In this document: piece by piece, positions 12,001 through 19,922 of the stretch
Layout of the letters: every line of letters begins with the position of its first letter
Numbering within the stretch: position 1 is the stretch's first letter
From: a virus
Lineage: Duplodnaviria > Caudoviricetes
Direction: 5' to 3' (one strand)
DNA: 64,000 bases
IMG/VR virus record: IMGVR_UViG_3300032030_000067
Coordinates: 5,955 to 69,954 of that record
The notes under the pieces: model-generated
Databases searched by the model: none
What the model was told of the DNA's origin: nothing
What the model saw: only the letters and a program-made list of their open reading frames with translations
Program-made: the position numbers and the translations under genes

Positions 12001-13328
12001 AAGCGTTGATAAATCAGTTTGCCTATGACAAGCAGATAGTCGCTGACGCCAATAATTTCTTTGAATTCATGGCTGCAGGAGCTTCACTTAATCCGGTATT
12101 TGACGAAGCGCTGAGAGAATTTGAAATTGACAGGAACAAACAAAAGAAGAGTTCAATCAAACAGATTATAATGTCTATGAAGAATGCCATAAAGGCTTTC
12201 ATAAACAAGCTGTTTAAAGGGACAAAATCTAATGTTACACGCACGATTGTCGGAGAAACTATAGATTATATTGACAACAAATTCTTTGACGGCCAGATGT
12301 CAGATTTACAAAAGTCTGAAAATATTCTATTAAAGGGCTTGAAGGATATTATGTCCGATATGAACAAGCGTGCAAAGATGGATGCGATTGTAAATTCCAT
12401 AGAGAGAATTAAGAATGAGAATAAGGATATTATGGATGAAAACCATAATTATACAAAAGACGGAAGGACTAATTTTGTATCTTCGAGTTCTCTATTTGAT
12501 TTCTTATATAAAATTGGAGTAAAAGGTCAAAACGCAAAACAGGCTGCATCAAGTGGAAATATTGAAAGCAATACAAGTCTCAGAAGGGGCAACATGTATG
12601 ATGCAATGTTGCGTGATATGTTCAAGTCAATGATGAACAAGGATTTCAATTATGATAATGAATTGTCAAAATTCAGGTCTGACATTGACAAATACAATGC
12701 TATGCTTGACAAGAATGTTGATAAGGAATATTTCATCGATGAAAATGTAATAGAGTATATGTTCAGAAGCGTATATGATATAACTCACGATATGAACGGT
12801 GATTTGAATGGCTATTTTATATCTGATGAAGTAAGAATGGTTTCTGACGCTGAAATAATGCTTAATGACATTGACACAAAGATGAGCCTTGCCGGCACTC
12901 CAGACTTGATATTTGTTTCCAATGACGGACAGATTCATATTATAGATTTCAAGAATACAATCAGAGACCAGATAGGCAATGATTATGTTGATGGACAAAG
13001 ACTTACTACAAACAGATTGCAGAACACATATCCTTTCCAACTGAAGGGCTATGGCATAATGCTTAAGGAAGCTCTTGGTCTTAACGATGAGTTCAAATTG
13101 AACTATCATATTATGGAGATAAACGGCAATAATGTTCTCACCACTTTCAATATGAATGATAATGTTGAAAGAATTCCAGTAAGAATAGACGGCAACAAGA
13201 TTGTGTTCTCAATCCCTTCACCGAATTATCTTGACAGAATTGAAATGACCGAATTTGATTTTGAACAAAACGGATCTGTGGTTGAAAGTACAACCCGACA
13301 AGATAAATCATTTCCTAATTTATGCTAA
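1..13328 (+). CDS. Giant virion RNA polymerase protein (crAss-type), 5'-truncated by the window; C-terminal zincin-like and PD-(D/E)xK nuclease-like domains
   Basis: Frame is open from base 3, so Met54 is probably internal; more than 4400 aa. Catalytic GEDFDIDK motif (DFDID at 8943-8957) is preceded by FRIP..GHQS. EELMH motif at 11808-11822. AGTPDL...IIDFKN...QLKGY near the C-terminus. Confidence 0.9.
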   Translation, partial: QTLIDTYSNISDNIVGAMQQSVADKFGEGISKMNTADLSKAISSILRAMTGEDVKTDNTHLKDAIESVRSSLDEYRTIKSEDERLFNMLRTRGIKRGVAITEPSLVNEMQERYGELEKEYTTAENNLAEILKNPDSTEEQKLEALAKLNSIKSEMSEYSNEEDLTKQDATKQIAEMNKQMLELIKKAYDKAEKVSKKTQSIIAKLSNINHENIEDKSVMISNVISELEQLRDSQKTYDDASRISEIIDILRDAKRVADDIVSVDNVSSSLKANKSKGQYVWESLKNSDNELLRFMSEVKYGSQLDLTYLEMAQTQIDILREKNEQLENQINNIGKKSVRNIQKKYARLIAKPDAISDDQIQFFIDKYNELISEIDNSKDSIKNSHNMILIKQDLMNKKAKLESKLNGNTTVSSNRISSLNPNEFLSENSSNEGVPVSSLGPTLLTQEELESNARALRKLNEKKGIVYPDSQTQTTEEKPSDNSRMETLVRDILARHSERALGDLMIEYFDKKEYSQEEVMNAFTAVNIFKQYGILDIVPKKQGGTIGQAIDLIFNKIDVAVLKDKNLPFIKYLKAVLDVYGFGNESNLLSAMIYSENYLDDKKTEHSETDTGVVVDTLGEGENPVEDKGRVEKVPTRESQVDELKSDNNPDIFQMPYAIKNVDGTYSYASRIQSGDKSAIDKKAFDALYNPSRIKKAYLRGFVGSLEENQDVFKKYLDYLTSLHVPAELSKKGKETTFLRNRLQKDNLLDYNTNEESLRKIWENRNSILSDSPIPIYAELKGESEPVVIGFIATSDYYNESNVSALKGNEEQQKIIASLNKFSNDVRILLSSYNDIELKLGERPVVPQDINYLEINDTDFSNGELVQLGDNYEELAYITNGINIRTKRIGSIHGNFIDSVMFSGIYKIKEELVNGKSVYIPYKLFVNGNTVFADGKLLNVGPIYMPNDFKLEEKAPEIFQHFRNNIVDYVFKNFLNKMHKAYMNANTSERKSLKNDIRTFLEKYKDLLFIDNIENASANVINLISSQTYTDFNCKLDTEFKAEQPRAWLVDFSSDEYKKQVNDGVNYCVFHYNKTKNNELNFFLGIQDENIKRRRENGENVHDTRNIVNTSVLNTVEDYTNLFEFIRDKFNNNGDAQKIAVMFKDYRGNTSLDKPNDFTKKVFSDETIVRDLNMLKDGKVLVNENVENAKTFAQWFSENAKETVGLIDVEMDEELKHAPYQGKTIFVEENYEYGIGQKSIVKPVEIKKESVPEQSKKTNSIEIPAAHSIRKGRSLNIPTRIIISKRRTSLNENISDESIVSGMTLSEQREFCKSLFAEVIENNENGILKKIKNKEISHNAIVREAYNLLKNAFEFNGIFNSIIDKAEYYINESQALVDIYEGKEKSSNDSVYIETYKKYQNVFNKENGYEKEYNSHKINIEDNKNALSNLESMQQECLEKLFHIPSMQDDKFWVGTFIEYVNSLNKGNISIDEVSEEQMQKEQDKTTASDFDYETESFEKEPVGDFSFYLKSILSDIPKTQRDENGDIISVWQNQNELLQEGIDEYEDVNKIIRILGNVIVNSQCDWNDVLRNLVELANDDSYEYTDICKMLYFKLSDDNIMPDQYKKEIMSKMSLSYHDMMYIKSTYDKNGDIVLSLNNVSDNKKYAQELSKIKEHLKSNKNIIKNGKFNREFLVENIVNLDAFIDKFEKGQQYSVSEAKKSMSNLFGVSFSTNTIKANMENLKRINDSLRTFVKNTDNNNEWDHILGWDGSTSRIYEIADLNSAIKELVIFECNESGNTIEKTETIAGKKIMTTYQRPLREKQFKDMQDKTGFYDVIMSIFRTNDNGNYYYRYFQLDNIDVMPLKTGLSSLSMLDMFGKRSSRMVEMPDSDQTVAECILNQETLGTVSENKEHKLVGFTGNYVESFKTRTGYQFSYTVSDKNRLPWIRMQKYVIPVTSYKGKTNTEFYTIDFSKMLPFVTKQLLDNELLTIENDLKCDLTNNIGKHLILSMPELNNIVIEFDGKKRTLESLLSSCNGADEEYINRAFDSLRQQYDDMFRQARPIVLSVIEQEVAKLVLNKGTARGVENGIRIFNVDGSIPDDIKKGMLHSSWHDAGIFDYNDEHEDYSATPKYYKKDYDKYVIDKAADNKKASGYGIFNVIYSAYDMVVNTLLSSGMMQNCFYSPLTRFAKVNRQTVGKLMEIETRMFDEAGNVNSLVAKEKLDLIKRISKKASKNLNKRMGGIDGSGRMLDFSNITHYNDKMWGGENHNEYLYLCVGETVSPSAIYENILRQQYPNNDELDELIRQSKDESLTQSERADALNIIKSKYPKANSYLNIDSTDGAEWISWRECIDIQLAHADISDETRKRLEYMYDKFSQGIFDDDDAQYLLKVMDKNLMNIAFNPDKPMYCGVMPVYDKDGNIKTTQMTYVKSASIPLLPQFTRNTPIDYIRKAVEFFEQSQRKNVRLSFDSGIKVGNMSSDKILSFDDLVDIGKQISEDGELSIYKEIGNGVSSDMNTSHAIVLQTTDNKKIDIFNSILYRLKMSSINADRKYFHIQMETESHREEIVLRKEDYGYDNFVDYFTNTKGFIVSKRDVLDLRGRLRRLGIYDKLTVAEQDMLALRDMDIDHVLDKDQREMFDKFIESDRLNKLYHEMKMDDIGRILDNGQTYVVESTQLDHVLESAGINNETRRIFEIPQRQLDKAIEDGIISESDITDGKVDGKKFEAIRFNMTQKRVIREETDFLNELGIESVDDMNLKNQNFIRNLSKMIAEELLSRGYSTNMVEQMGLVETSNNGNMQFKIPPFLHASSEKISVLISALIRNRISKNRLPGNALYTASNEGFVKLKGADHTFDSRSVVWIDKEAAKRGTLGAVVENGELKLAEVAIAPQFNYRDERGVLRKIDLYSVDKKTGKSIYLVNEKGESLYIKDGKIISDYENIFLNESMFDEEMIKMMTFRIPLSGHQSACAVKIVAFLPPAMGDMIIVPKEHLKQLGEDFDIDKRFCYIKNYMVDKDNKVRVLTKDFVDRKIRESNEYKRLYKMVNDDIFNGNGAVEDIDTFIWNEGMYYDKGASLYRYLSFVKDRLERKLDENDTISMYQSVFENPDITIQKQISKVLNFDVLEETRDEVIDKKDTGADDSFITPYSTSYQKELRLGNANAKKGVGVWSSALVVSGLIQKRNVELEKVGYLGTISPVLLRFDGNTFDGSLSRTTTLDQQNTKTDVISAQQNANVDNAKADVVSLSNQNSVTFNFYTFMAQMGFNKTSMVETVNGEKKQLDLAYLVALQPSVLKYTRLKQANQSIIGRKRSEKSILFDVLSDYGMSEDNVRKIMNGVSVNGLNFDGVMFDVGSTYFDGITGQYLYDTLNKEYDSSEKQLKTFVFFYNIMKYGGFLQQYSKLLNVTSQGIGNTYFDVLEHVEALNSLGSQKTFKGLGDLIGKFYKLDDDNIPDNAMYIDGCNYAIVPTTNEGVVLLHTLSMTSKMFNSIYNIGSSKVSSIYSDLNTFARAAYLPSNELDQINKDISRAIKQYVYKLLGDENIKAICNTKGLFDGTLEEETDRLLNPSFNRYALNRNSDYLAAIDRFNNDVKEDKVISDEKVSLGYIINFLSDANHPLMESNRFLNALSVTKDGALMFKPNANEIANKDYHRHFFDLYNNTDVITVNGNDIVVNGEKLTYRALAQDLATYAYLCHDENGILNLREYIPIEYLDLCGVPTMLRHISDNMDTYISNGNFISQFQLSYPEIIRNVNITRDNDKYIATEGSVSDFDNVKSFTINYSAVDVASSEAEAFAIAVDQLDIADPRYVEYVKPLEYVKIRGKKNENIFKYNPDTMTYNRVYKETNFGANELNPYENGLIVSTQTIVEPSNVDWVSTNDKDKIYELVNTHIDHDNNMTKFILPVLDMMRGNDNYELNIIVDNTKIDFNTETEIKDGKLVTTIRINSNYINSDTLMEELMHMVQQQEIARVFVIETIDGVSNVVGYKNPSDKGYFGKSYDLFLEFSTWWQTNGQRFSQRHKALINQFAYDKQIVADANNFFEFMAAGASLNPVFDEALREFEIDRNKQKKSSIKQIIMSMKNAIKAFINKLFKGTKSNVTRTIVGETIDYIDNKFFDGQMSDLQKSENILLKGLKDIMSDMNKRAKMDAIVNSIERIKNENKDIMDENHNYTKDGRTNFVSSSSLFDFLYKIGVKGQNAKQAASSGNIESNTSLRRGNMYDAMLRDMFKSMMNKDFNYDNELSKFRSDIDKYNAMLDKNVDKEYFIDENVIEYMFRSVYDITHDMNGDLNGYFISDEVRMVSDAEIMLNDIDTKMSLAGTPDLIFVSNDGQIHIIDFKNTIRDQIGNDYVDGQRLTTNRLQNTYPFQLKGYGIMLKEALGLNDEFKLNYHIMEINGNNVLTTFNMNDNVERIPVRIDGNKIVFSIPSPNYLDRIEMTEFDFEQNGSVVESTTRQDKSFPNLC

Positions 13329-13335
13329 TTTTTGA

Positions 13336-13343
13336 TATATTTG
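13336..13343 (+). promoter_or_regulatory. Bacteroidota-type -7 promoter element (TATATTTG)
   Basis: Matches TAnnTTTG in the short gap before ATG 13366; no clear -33 TTTG. Confidence 0.5.
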
Positions 13344-13365
13344 CAACAATTAAATACAGACAAAA

Positions 13366-16300
13366 ATGAAATGTGTAGTTAACAGAAAATCAGTTCTTGA
13401 CAAGTGTTTCGAAATAGCAAATAATACTGATAATGTAGGTACTTTTAGTGAAGAGAATAATGATATTTATCAAGAACATTCCCAACAAAGCGGAATGAAT
13501 TTCAAGAGGGATTCTAGAATTGAGAGTCTTATATATAATAGAGATACCGAAGAAAGCAGTTATGAAAAAGAGCTTGACATAAAAGACGCAATAAATATAG
13601 TGTCATCAAATTCAGAATATAATGCTGTAATAAGTCTTTTAAAAGAACTTTCCCAAACACAAAAATCCAAATATCTTGAAGGTTTGAAAATTATTGTTGA
13701 TTCGAAACATTATGGCAAGAAAAGAGCTTATTATGATGCATCAACACAAACCATACATATAGACGGGTTTGCACAGTACAAGAACGGAGATTGTTCTTCT
13801 GTTCTTTTACATGAAATTATGCATCATCTTACTGTAGAGCGCTTGAAATATGACACTGAAACGAGAAACAATCTTCAGAACATATTAGATGAATACAATA
13901 AGAAATTCCCATCCATTACATATTTGAAAGAACATGCCTTGGAAGAATTTGTCGCTGATATATGGTCTGATGAAACCACTATCAATAATTTGAAAAACAT
14001 TGAAACAAAAGACAAGTCTTTATGGAATAAGATATTGGATTTCTTTAAGAATATTATTAGCGGTATTTTCAAAAATTCTAAGGATACTTTATTCCAAGAC
14101 GCATCTGTTGAATTGGCAAATCTTCTTACAGCAGATTTTGATGAAATCTCAACACTACGCGAAAATAAAGTGTCCAATCCGATATTTTATGAAAATCAGA
14201 ACACTATAAATGACGATACAATTCATTCGACAAATGCAGATGCGTCAAATGCCATTGAGAACAGAATCAACAGGACATTCCCCGTACAACCCTCAATTGT
14301 CAAACGTATAGATGACAATACGATAAGGATAGGGGATACAACAAAGGTTGAAGAAGTTTATAAGGTCAATGATTCTGCAAAACAGTCTGACACAAGAATA
14401 ATATCTCATTCTGTAAGAACAGCGGAAGAAAATCTTTCTCCCAATTACAGTCAGTCAAATGTTGATTATATAAATGATTTGAAAAGGTCATTTATGGGTG
14501 AGTCAATGAGGCTTTCTCTTGCACTTGACACATTCTATTCAAACATTGATCTTAACAGGCTCACACCAAAACAGATTAAAGAATTGGAGGGTGAATATAA
14601 TCTTCTTTCAAAGACAAAGAGTGACATTGATGAAGTCCTTTCCACACTTGCAACAAACAAAAATGAAGATGAAAAAATAATACAGGATGCTGAGGATATT
14701 CTTGTAATGGCTGAACGAATCAAGAATTATCTTTTCCCCGGTATAGGCAGAGGAGAACCAAAGACCATATTGAACTATCGTGGAGATGCAAGTATTTCAA
14801 GTATAATGGACACTGTTTTCCAATATGCCAAGGCGTATTACAGTTCTGAATTGTATAATAGTGTAATATCGGAAAAACTGCCAGACAGTCTTTCTGAACA
14901 AATTAACAATCAGAAATCCAGATTCGCCATTCTTGAAAAAGAATATGAGGATTATAAGAATATCAAGGCTAAAAATCTTATAGTAAGCAATCCTAATACC
15001 AGAAAATATAATTCATTGAGAAATATTGTTGGAGACGAAAAAGCATTTCAAGAAATGTTCTCAACGAAAGGCAAAAGTGATATAAGCGCATTTGAAAAGA
15101 TATTTTATGCTATAGACAACAACTGGTCTGACGATACCGCAATAAAACAGTTTTTAGGCAAAATTCAAGAAGGGATAGAGCTTGAACAGAACACAGAATA
15201 TTTCAACGACAGGAAAAAACTTGTGGATCTTCTTAAAAGAATGAAGGAGATAGGTGTGAATCTTGAACGCAAGGAGACTTTCAGTTGGTTTTTTGAAAAG
15301 TTCAAGAATGGTCAGGAGACTGGAAGGTTTATCAATTGCTTTACTCCAGAATTTGAAGTGTATCTTGACTATTATTCAAAACAGAGGCCTAATTTTTCCG
15401 AAGGTATTTCACAAAGGAACAATGCAAGACAATATCAGAAACTACAGACATTTCATGACAGTTTTAATGTTATAAATATAATGGTTCTTCCTGAATTTTC
15501 AGAAGGCACAATGGAATTTGAACAGCTTGATGCGCTTTCCGGAGGTTATTTAAGGCTTCACAAGGATGATTTCTTCAAAACCGATATGGAATATCAAGGC
15601 AAACTTAAAAAGCTGTTAGGACTGCAATATGACCGCATAATAAACGCTTATCGTGACATATTGAACAGAACATTTATTGATTTCAACATTGCAGCAAATG
15701 AGTATATAGAGGAACAAAAACAGGACAGTGGAACTATTATAGATTTTGACAAGGCTATGACAGTTGTTCTCAACAAGAACGCGAACAGGAATTTTTACAA
15801 GATGATTTTCAATCTTAATGAGATTCAGAACGGAAAGCCTATAGATTCCTATCTTTCTTCAAATGAGAACAACCTGTATTATAACTATAATATGGTTCCT
15901 GTAATTCCAAAGGCTGACAAAACGGAATTTTACAATCAAGACTTTAGAGAGCATTTTTCCGCAGATTCAGAACATGCAGACTTGATGAAGGACTTCTATG
16001 ACACTATGGTTGATATTTATGGGAATAAAATTGGTGTCACGTTCTATAATGATGTCAACAACACCCAATATGCAAAACTTGCAGAAGATTGGGTTGACAC
16101 ATCAATGGAACTTGTTGGAAGGGCAAAATTCGGCCAGTTAGGCAAACATTTTGCAACAACATTCAAGGGTTCGTTTTTTCAACGACAATTTATAGAATCC
16201 GACAAACAGCGTGTCATGCTTAATTATCTTGACGAACCATTGAAAATGTTCGGTAAGACAATGGATATGCTTGACACTGCAAGCGACAAAGCCCTTATAG

Positions 16301-19104
16301 CCCTTATAAAGAAATATGACATACAGGGTGTATATGATGAAGCAAACAACAAATTCCTTGATGATGTGCAGATAATAAAGCATATAATAGCACACAAAAT
16401 AACACAAAGGGATTTTTCAGAAAACTTTTTCAAATCAACGGCAAATCTTCTTGAACTGCGAGCAAAACAAATTACTCGCGAAAGATGCTATAACATAGCG
16501 CAAACCCTGTTTGACTATTATAAAACCAACAATCCAAACAGAACAAAAGGTATAGAGCAATTCAGATCGCATATAAACAGAGCCTATGTTGGAATGCCCA
16601 AAACGGAAAACCCCAATATGAATGCTTTTCTTTCAAAAGAGAACATTCAAAAATGGATTGATATGTCAAATAGGGGAAAACCAAGTTTTATGAGAAAGGC
16701 TATAAGCAAGATTGCAAAAGTTTTACTTACAAGAGAAGAACCTTCAAAGAAAGAACTTAATGAAGTTCTTGGTCTTCTTTCATTAAACAAAGAGGGAGAT
16801 CGAGATTCATTCACCTTCAAATTTGACGGTAATACTTATCTGTATGACGGAGAAAAAAACATGTGCTTTGAAAAGATAGGGAAAAGCATAGACTATAACA
16901 GGATTGATGAAGACAGGTTTTTTGAAAAATTACAGAAATACTATGAATCATTCGCTGCGGAAAGTACGGAATATGTGACTATGACCAGTATAATGGATGG
17001 ATTACTGAATTTCCTTCCATTCAAGTTTATGGCTGGTATCCCTTTTAAAACCGGTATATTCAATAGGGCTGAAGGTGGCATAGCAAACTCAGAGATGGAT
17101 GTTGTTGGTGAGTTTTGGGAGCCTGGAGATTTTGTCAATGCACAAAAGGCACTTCCGTGGATTGAAATCTCAAAATTCCTCACAAGTGACGGTAAAATAC
17201 AATTGTTAAACAATAAAGCCGTAGCACCAAACAAATGGCTTGAAAAGCTCCTGATATTGAAATATATTGCCGATAGAGGCGGTATTATGCAGGATATGAC
17301 CAATGTGTTTGACAGATCTTTGGAAGGTTCAAGAAAAACGGATATTAAGAATGTTTTCAATCTTTATAACGTGTCAATCAATGTTCCGGAATATAGGAAT
17401 CAGATTATTCCTGTTGGTGCCATGTTGATGAGTCAGAAAGTAAAACTTCTTGATGGTTCTGAAATTACCGTTTGTGACAAGAAAATGAATTTCAACTTTC
17501 TTAAGGTTGATTTTGAAAAGGGTGAAATTGTATTGAAGGATGAATATAAGAACGAACCTGGCTGTCAGGAATGGATTACGTTTGCCACGACAAGACAGGA
17601 AAAAGTAGGTCTTATTAACGAAACAGTGACCACAGATGTTTTTGAGTTTGTTTATAAGGCAAAAACCGCTATTCACACTATACACGGCGATTATCGTGAG
17701 TTGTTCAAGAAACTGTATTCACAATACAGACTTGGCGCTGCAATGATGTTTCTTAAAGGATGGTGGCCCGCAAAAGCGAAAAGAGCTTTCAATTCAGGTA
17801 AAAATGTTAGAATGATATCAAATGACGGTACTGGCATCTCGAAAACCGCACCCGGAAAATATTATACTGCAGCGACTAAAGGTGGTGTTTTAACCAATCT
17901 TGCAACAATTACAACGCCGTGGTTGCATACTTCCAGAGGTGCAGTGTCCGCATTGCTTTCTTATGCCATATTGCCCGCAACTGCAGTTGTCAATCTTGGA
18001 TATACGCTTTATCAGAAACACAAGAACGGATATGAAATATCTCAGATGACCAAGGTTGACAGCCAGTATCTTAAAGCGTTGCTTATGGAAACAGCATTGC
18101 TTGTTCCAAGACTGTTGCAGAACACTGTATTACTAAGATATACTGGTTTTAATCCCACCAAATTCATACATGACCATATTTTTAAAGACAAAGCGCTCCT
18201 TAAAGAACTTGGGGAAGGAGACATTTCAGTTGGCGAAAGACACGCTGGCAATATTCACGCATTGGCAAGAGAAACTGCCTTTATGTTATACACTTTTGCG
18301 ATAGGATATCTTGCTTATGCTTTGTTATGGGATCCTGATGATGATGATGATGACAATAGGAGACAGTTTTTGTATTTCATAGCGAACAATCTTGGCAGAA
18401 TTTCAAACACATTGTCATCTTTTGTATCATTCGCACAGAATGTTCAAGAGAATTATAGCGTTGACGAGCTTCCTATTTGGGATATCATCCAATCTGTTCA
18501 GAAAATACACAAGTATAGGACAGAAAACAATATCAAGATGAGAAACAAATATCTAATGAAGATATTGCCAATACCAAGAGTTCTTCCACAGGATTTTCTG
18601 CCCTATGCACAATATGATTTCTATAAAGAGGCAATGTACAATAAAGACATGAAAGACTATATTACAGGAGGTGAACAAGGTGCGGAATCATATTATTCGC
18701 AAATTTACAGAGCTGCTCTTAAAGAGGCTATTTTAGAGGCATACGAGGATGAAAAGCTGTCAGATGAATTCAGGGAGCAACTTGACAGAAAACTATTGTC
18801 TCCTGAAGAAATAGCTGCTGGTAAAACTTGTTATGACTTGAAACAAAAAGGTCTTACTTCGCATTATAAATCAAAAATAAAAGACGCGATCGGGAAAATA
18901 GTTCCTAACAAGAAAAAATTAAAGGCCGGCACATATCAGGAGGCTATTGAAAAACTATATAAGTATTACAAACAAAATGAAGATTGGATAGGAGATGTTC
19001 CACAAATGGAATTAAGAACTCCTGAAAGGCTTGTTTCAAAGATTTCCGGTAAATATCAGGAATTTGATGAAGAAGATTATGATGAATTTGAATCAGACTA
19101 TTAA
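13366..19104 (+). CDS. Large virion (ejection/cargo) protein with N-terminal zincin metallopeptidase-like domain
   Basis: 1912 aa, next to the RNAP gene. HEIMH at 13810-13824 plus a downstream EEFVAD. C-terminal hydrophobic helices are followed by WDPDDDDDD. Confidence 0.75.
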   Translation: MKCVVNRKSVLDKCFEIANNTDNVGTFSEENNDIYQEHSQQSGMNFKRDSRIESLIYNRDTEESSYEKELDIKDAINIVSSNSEYNAVISLLKELSQTQKSKYLEGLKIIVDSKHYGKKRAYYDASTQTIHIDGFAQYKNGDCSSVLLHEIMHHLTVERLKYDTETRNNLQNILDEYNKKFPSITYLKEHALEEFVADIWSDETTINNLKNIETKDKSLWNKILDFFKNIISGIFKNSKDTLFQDASVELANLLTADFDEISTLRENKVSNPIFYENQNTINDDTIHSTNADASNAIENRINRTFPVQPSIVKRIDDNTIRIGDTTKVEEVYKVNDSAKQSDTRIISHSVRTAEENLSPNYSQSNVDYINDLKRSFMGESMRLSLALDTFYSNIDLNRLTPKQIKELEGEYNLLSKTKSDIDEVLSTLATNKNEDEKIIQDAEDILVMAERIKNYLFPGIGRGEPKTILNYRGDASISSIMDTVFQYAKAYYSSELYNSVISEKLPDSLSEQINNQKSRFAILEKEYEDYKNIKAKNLIVSNPNTRKYNSLRNIVGDEKAFQEMFSTKGKSDISAFEKIFYAIDNNWSDDTAIKQFLGKIQEGIELEQNTEYFNDRKKLVDLLKRMKEIGVNLERKETFSWFFEKFKNGQETGRFINCFTPEFEVYLDYYSKQRPNFSEGISQRNNARQYQKLQTFHDSFNVINIMVLPEFSEGTMEFEQLDALSGGYLRLHKDDFFKTDMEYQGKLKKLLGLQYDRIINAYRDILNRTFIDFNIAANEYIEEQKQDSGTIIDFDKAMTVVLNKNANRNFYKMIFNLNEIQNGKPIDSYLSSNENNLYYNYNMVPVIPKADKTEFYNQDFREHFSADSEHADLMKDFYDTMVDIYGNKIGVTFYNDVNNTQYAKLAEDWVDTSMELVGRAKFGQLGKHFATTFKGSFFQRQFIESDKQRVMLNYLDEPLKMFGKTMDMLDTASDKALIALIKKYDIQGVYDEANNKFLDDVQIIKHIIAHKITQRDFSENFFKSTANLLELRAKQITRERCYNIAQTLFDYYKTNNPNRTKGIEQFRSHINRAYVGMPKTENPNMNAFLSKENIQKWIDMSNRGKPSFMRKAISKIAKVLLTREEPSKKELNEVLGLLSLNKEGDRDSFTFKFDGNTYLYDGEKNMCFEKIGKSIDYNRIDEDRFFEKLQKYYESFAAESTEYVTMTSIMDGLLNFLPFKFMAGIPFKTGIFNRAEGGIANSEMDVVGEFWEPGDFVNAQKALPWIEISKFLTSDGKIQLLNNKAVAPNKWLEKLLILKYIADRGGIMQDMTNVFDRSLEGSRKTDIKNVFNLYNVSINVPEYRNQIIPVGAMLMSQKVKLLDGSEITVCDKKMNFNFLKVDFEKGEIVLKDEYKNEPGCQEWITFATTRQEKVGLINETVTTDVFEFVYKAKTAIHTIHGDYRELFKKLYSQYRLGAAMMFLKGWWPAKAKRAFNSGKNVRMISNDGTGISKTAPGKYYTAATKGGVLTNLATITTPWLHTSRGAVSALLSYAILPATAVVNLGYTLYQKHKNGYEISQMTKVDSQYLKALLMETALLVPRLLQNTVLLRYTGFNPTKFIHDHIFKDKALLKELGEGDISVGERHAGNIHALARETAFMLYTFAIGYLAYALLWDPDDDDDDNRRQFLYFIANNLGRISNTLSSFVSFAQNVQENYSVDELPIWDIIQSVQKIHKYRTENNIKMRNKYLMKILPIPRVLPQDFLPYAQYDFYKEAMYNKDMKDYITGGEQGAESYYSQIYRAALKEAILEAYEDEKLSDEFREQLDRKLLSPEEIAAGKTCYDLKQKGLTSHYKSKIKDAIGKIVPNKKKLKAGTYQEAIEKLYKYYKQNEDWIGDVPQMELRTPERLVSKISGKYQEFDEEDYDEFESDY

Positions 19105-19106
19105 AA

Positions 19107-19136
19107 GAAGAAGCCTCCAATTAGGAGGCTTTCTTC
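19107..19136. terminator. Probable bidirectional intrinsic terminator between convergent modules
   Basis: Hairpin GAAGAAGCCTCC-AATTA-GGAGGCTTTCTTC between the stops at 19104 (+) and 19140 (-). Confidence 0.8.
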
Positions 19137-19139
19137 ATC

Positions 19140-19418
19140 TTATTTTTTAATAAGTTTGAACGCTTGGTTTATTTTCAGAAACGATTCAAGTTCCATACTC
19201 ATTTCAAAGCCTGTGGCTATCATAAGTTTGTCATTTTCCTTGTAAATTTCCCCTTTCAGGCCTTTTTCTCCTATAAGATTCACCAATGCGTGAATAATGT
19301 CAAAAGAAGGGGCAATAATGATATTGTCCTTCTCATTTGCATTCTCCATTGTGAGAAGTTCGACTTTAGGTTGTTCTAATTTTTGTGTTGTTCCTGGATT
19401 TTCTTTTTTCTTTGCCAT
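19140..19418 (-). CDS. Hypothetical protein
   Basis: 92-aa ORF, last gene of the minus-strand operon. Confidence 0.7.
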   Translation of the reverse strand: MAKKKENPGTTQKLEQPKVELLTMENANEKDNIIIAPSFDIIHALVNLIGEKGLKGEIYKENDKLMIATGFEMSMELESFLKINQAFKLIKK

Positions 19419-19421
19419 AGT

Positions 19422-19922
19422 TTAAATATTTAATGTTTCTTCTGCAAAAATAGGAGTTTTTTCTTTTTTAATATTGAGAAAAACATCCAAAATGTCATTG
19501 TATTTGTAATTAAGTTTTCTTGACTTGAAATAATGAAAGTCTTGTGGATTGTATAATTTGTATATTCCATCGAGCATTTTGTCTATCGCATCTTCATATT
19601 CGTCAGGAAATTTGATTGCAATCACTAGTCTTTTTGGAGATTTTGTCTTTTTTTCAACATCAAAAATATACATTCCCTTAAAACTTTCGTGTTGTTCTAT
19701 TGATTTTAACACAAACGACAATGTTTCAAAATCAGAATGTTTTACATTTGAAAGAACATACAGACATTGTGTGTCAGGTTCAAATTCTGCGTCATTGCAA
19801 AACGCACCTTGTATTTCAAGTTTGTTTAGCTGTTTTGAAAATTCCTCCCCATACTTGTATAGCATGGGAAAGAGATATTTCAATGTTTTGTTGTTTATTT
19901 TTCTTTCATCTTTTATTTTCAT
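19422..19922 (-). CDS. Hypothetical protein
   Basis: 166-aa ORF coupled to the upstream nuclease gene (4-nt overlap). Confidence 0.7.
   Translation of the reverse strand: MKIKDERKINNKTLKYLFPMLYKYGEEFSKQLNKLEIQGAFCNDAEFEPDTQCLYVLSNVKHSDFETLSFVLKSIEQHESFKGMYIFDVEKKTKSPKRLVIAIKFPDEYEDAIDKMLDGIYKLYNPQDFHYFKSRKLNYKYNDILDVFLNIKKEKTPIFAEETLNI

Noticed and set aside
259-18251. Many short minus-strand ORFs inside the giant genes
   Set aside because: Antisense shadows of long coding frames, with no motifs
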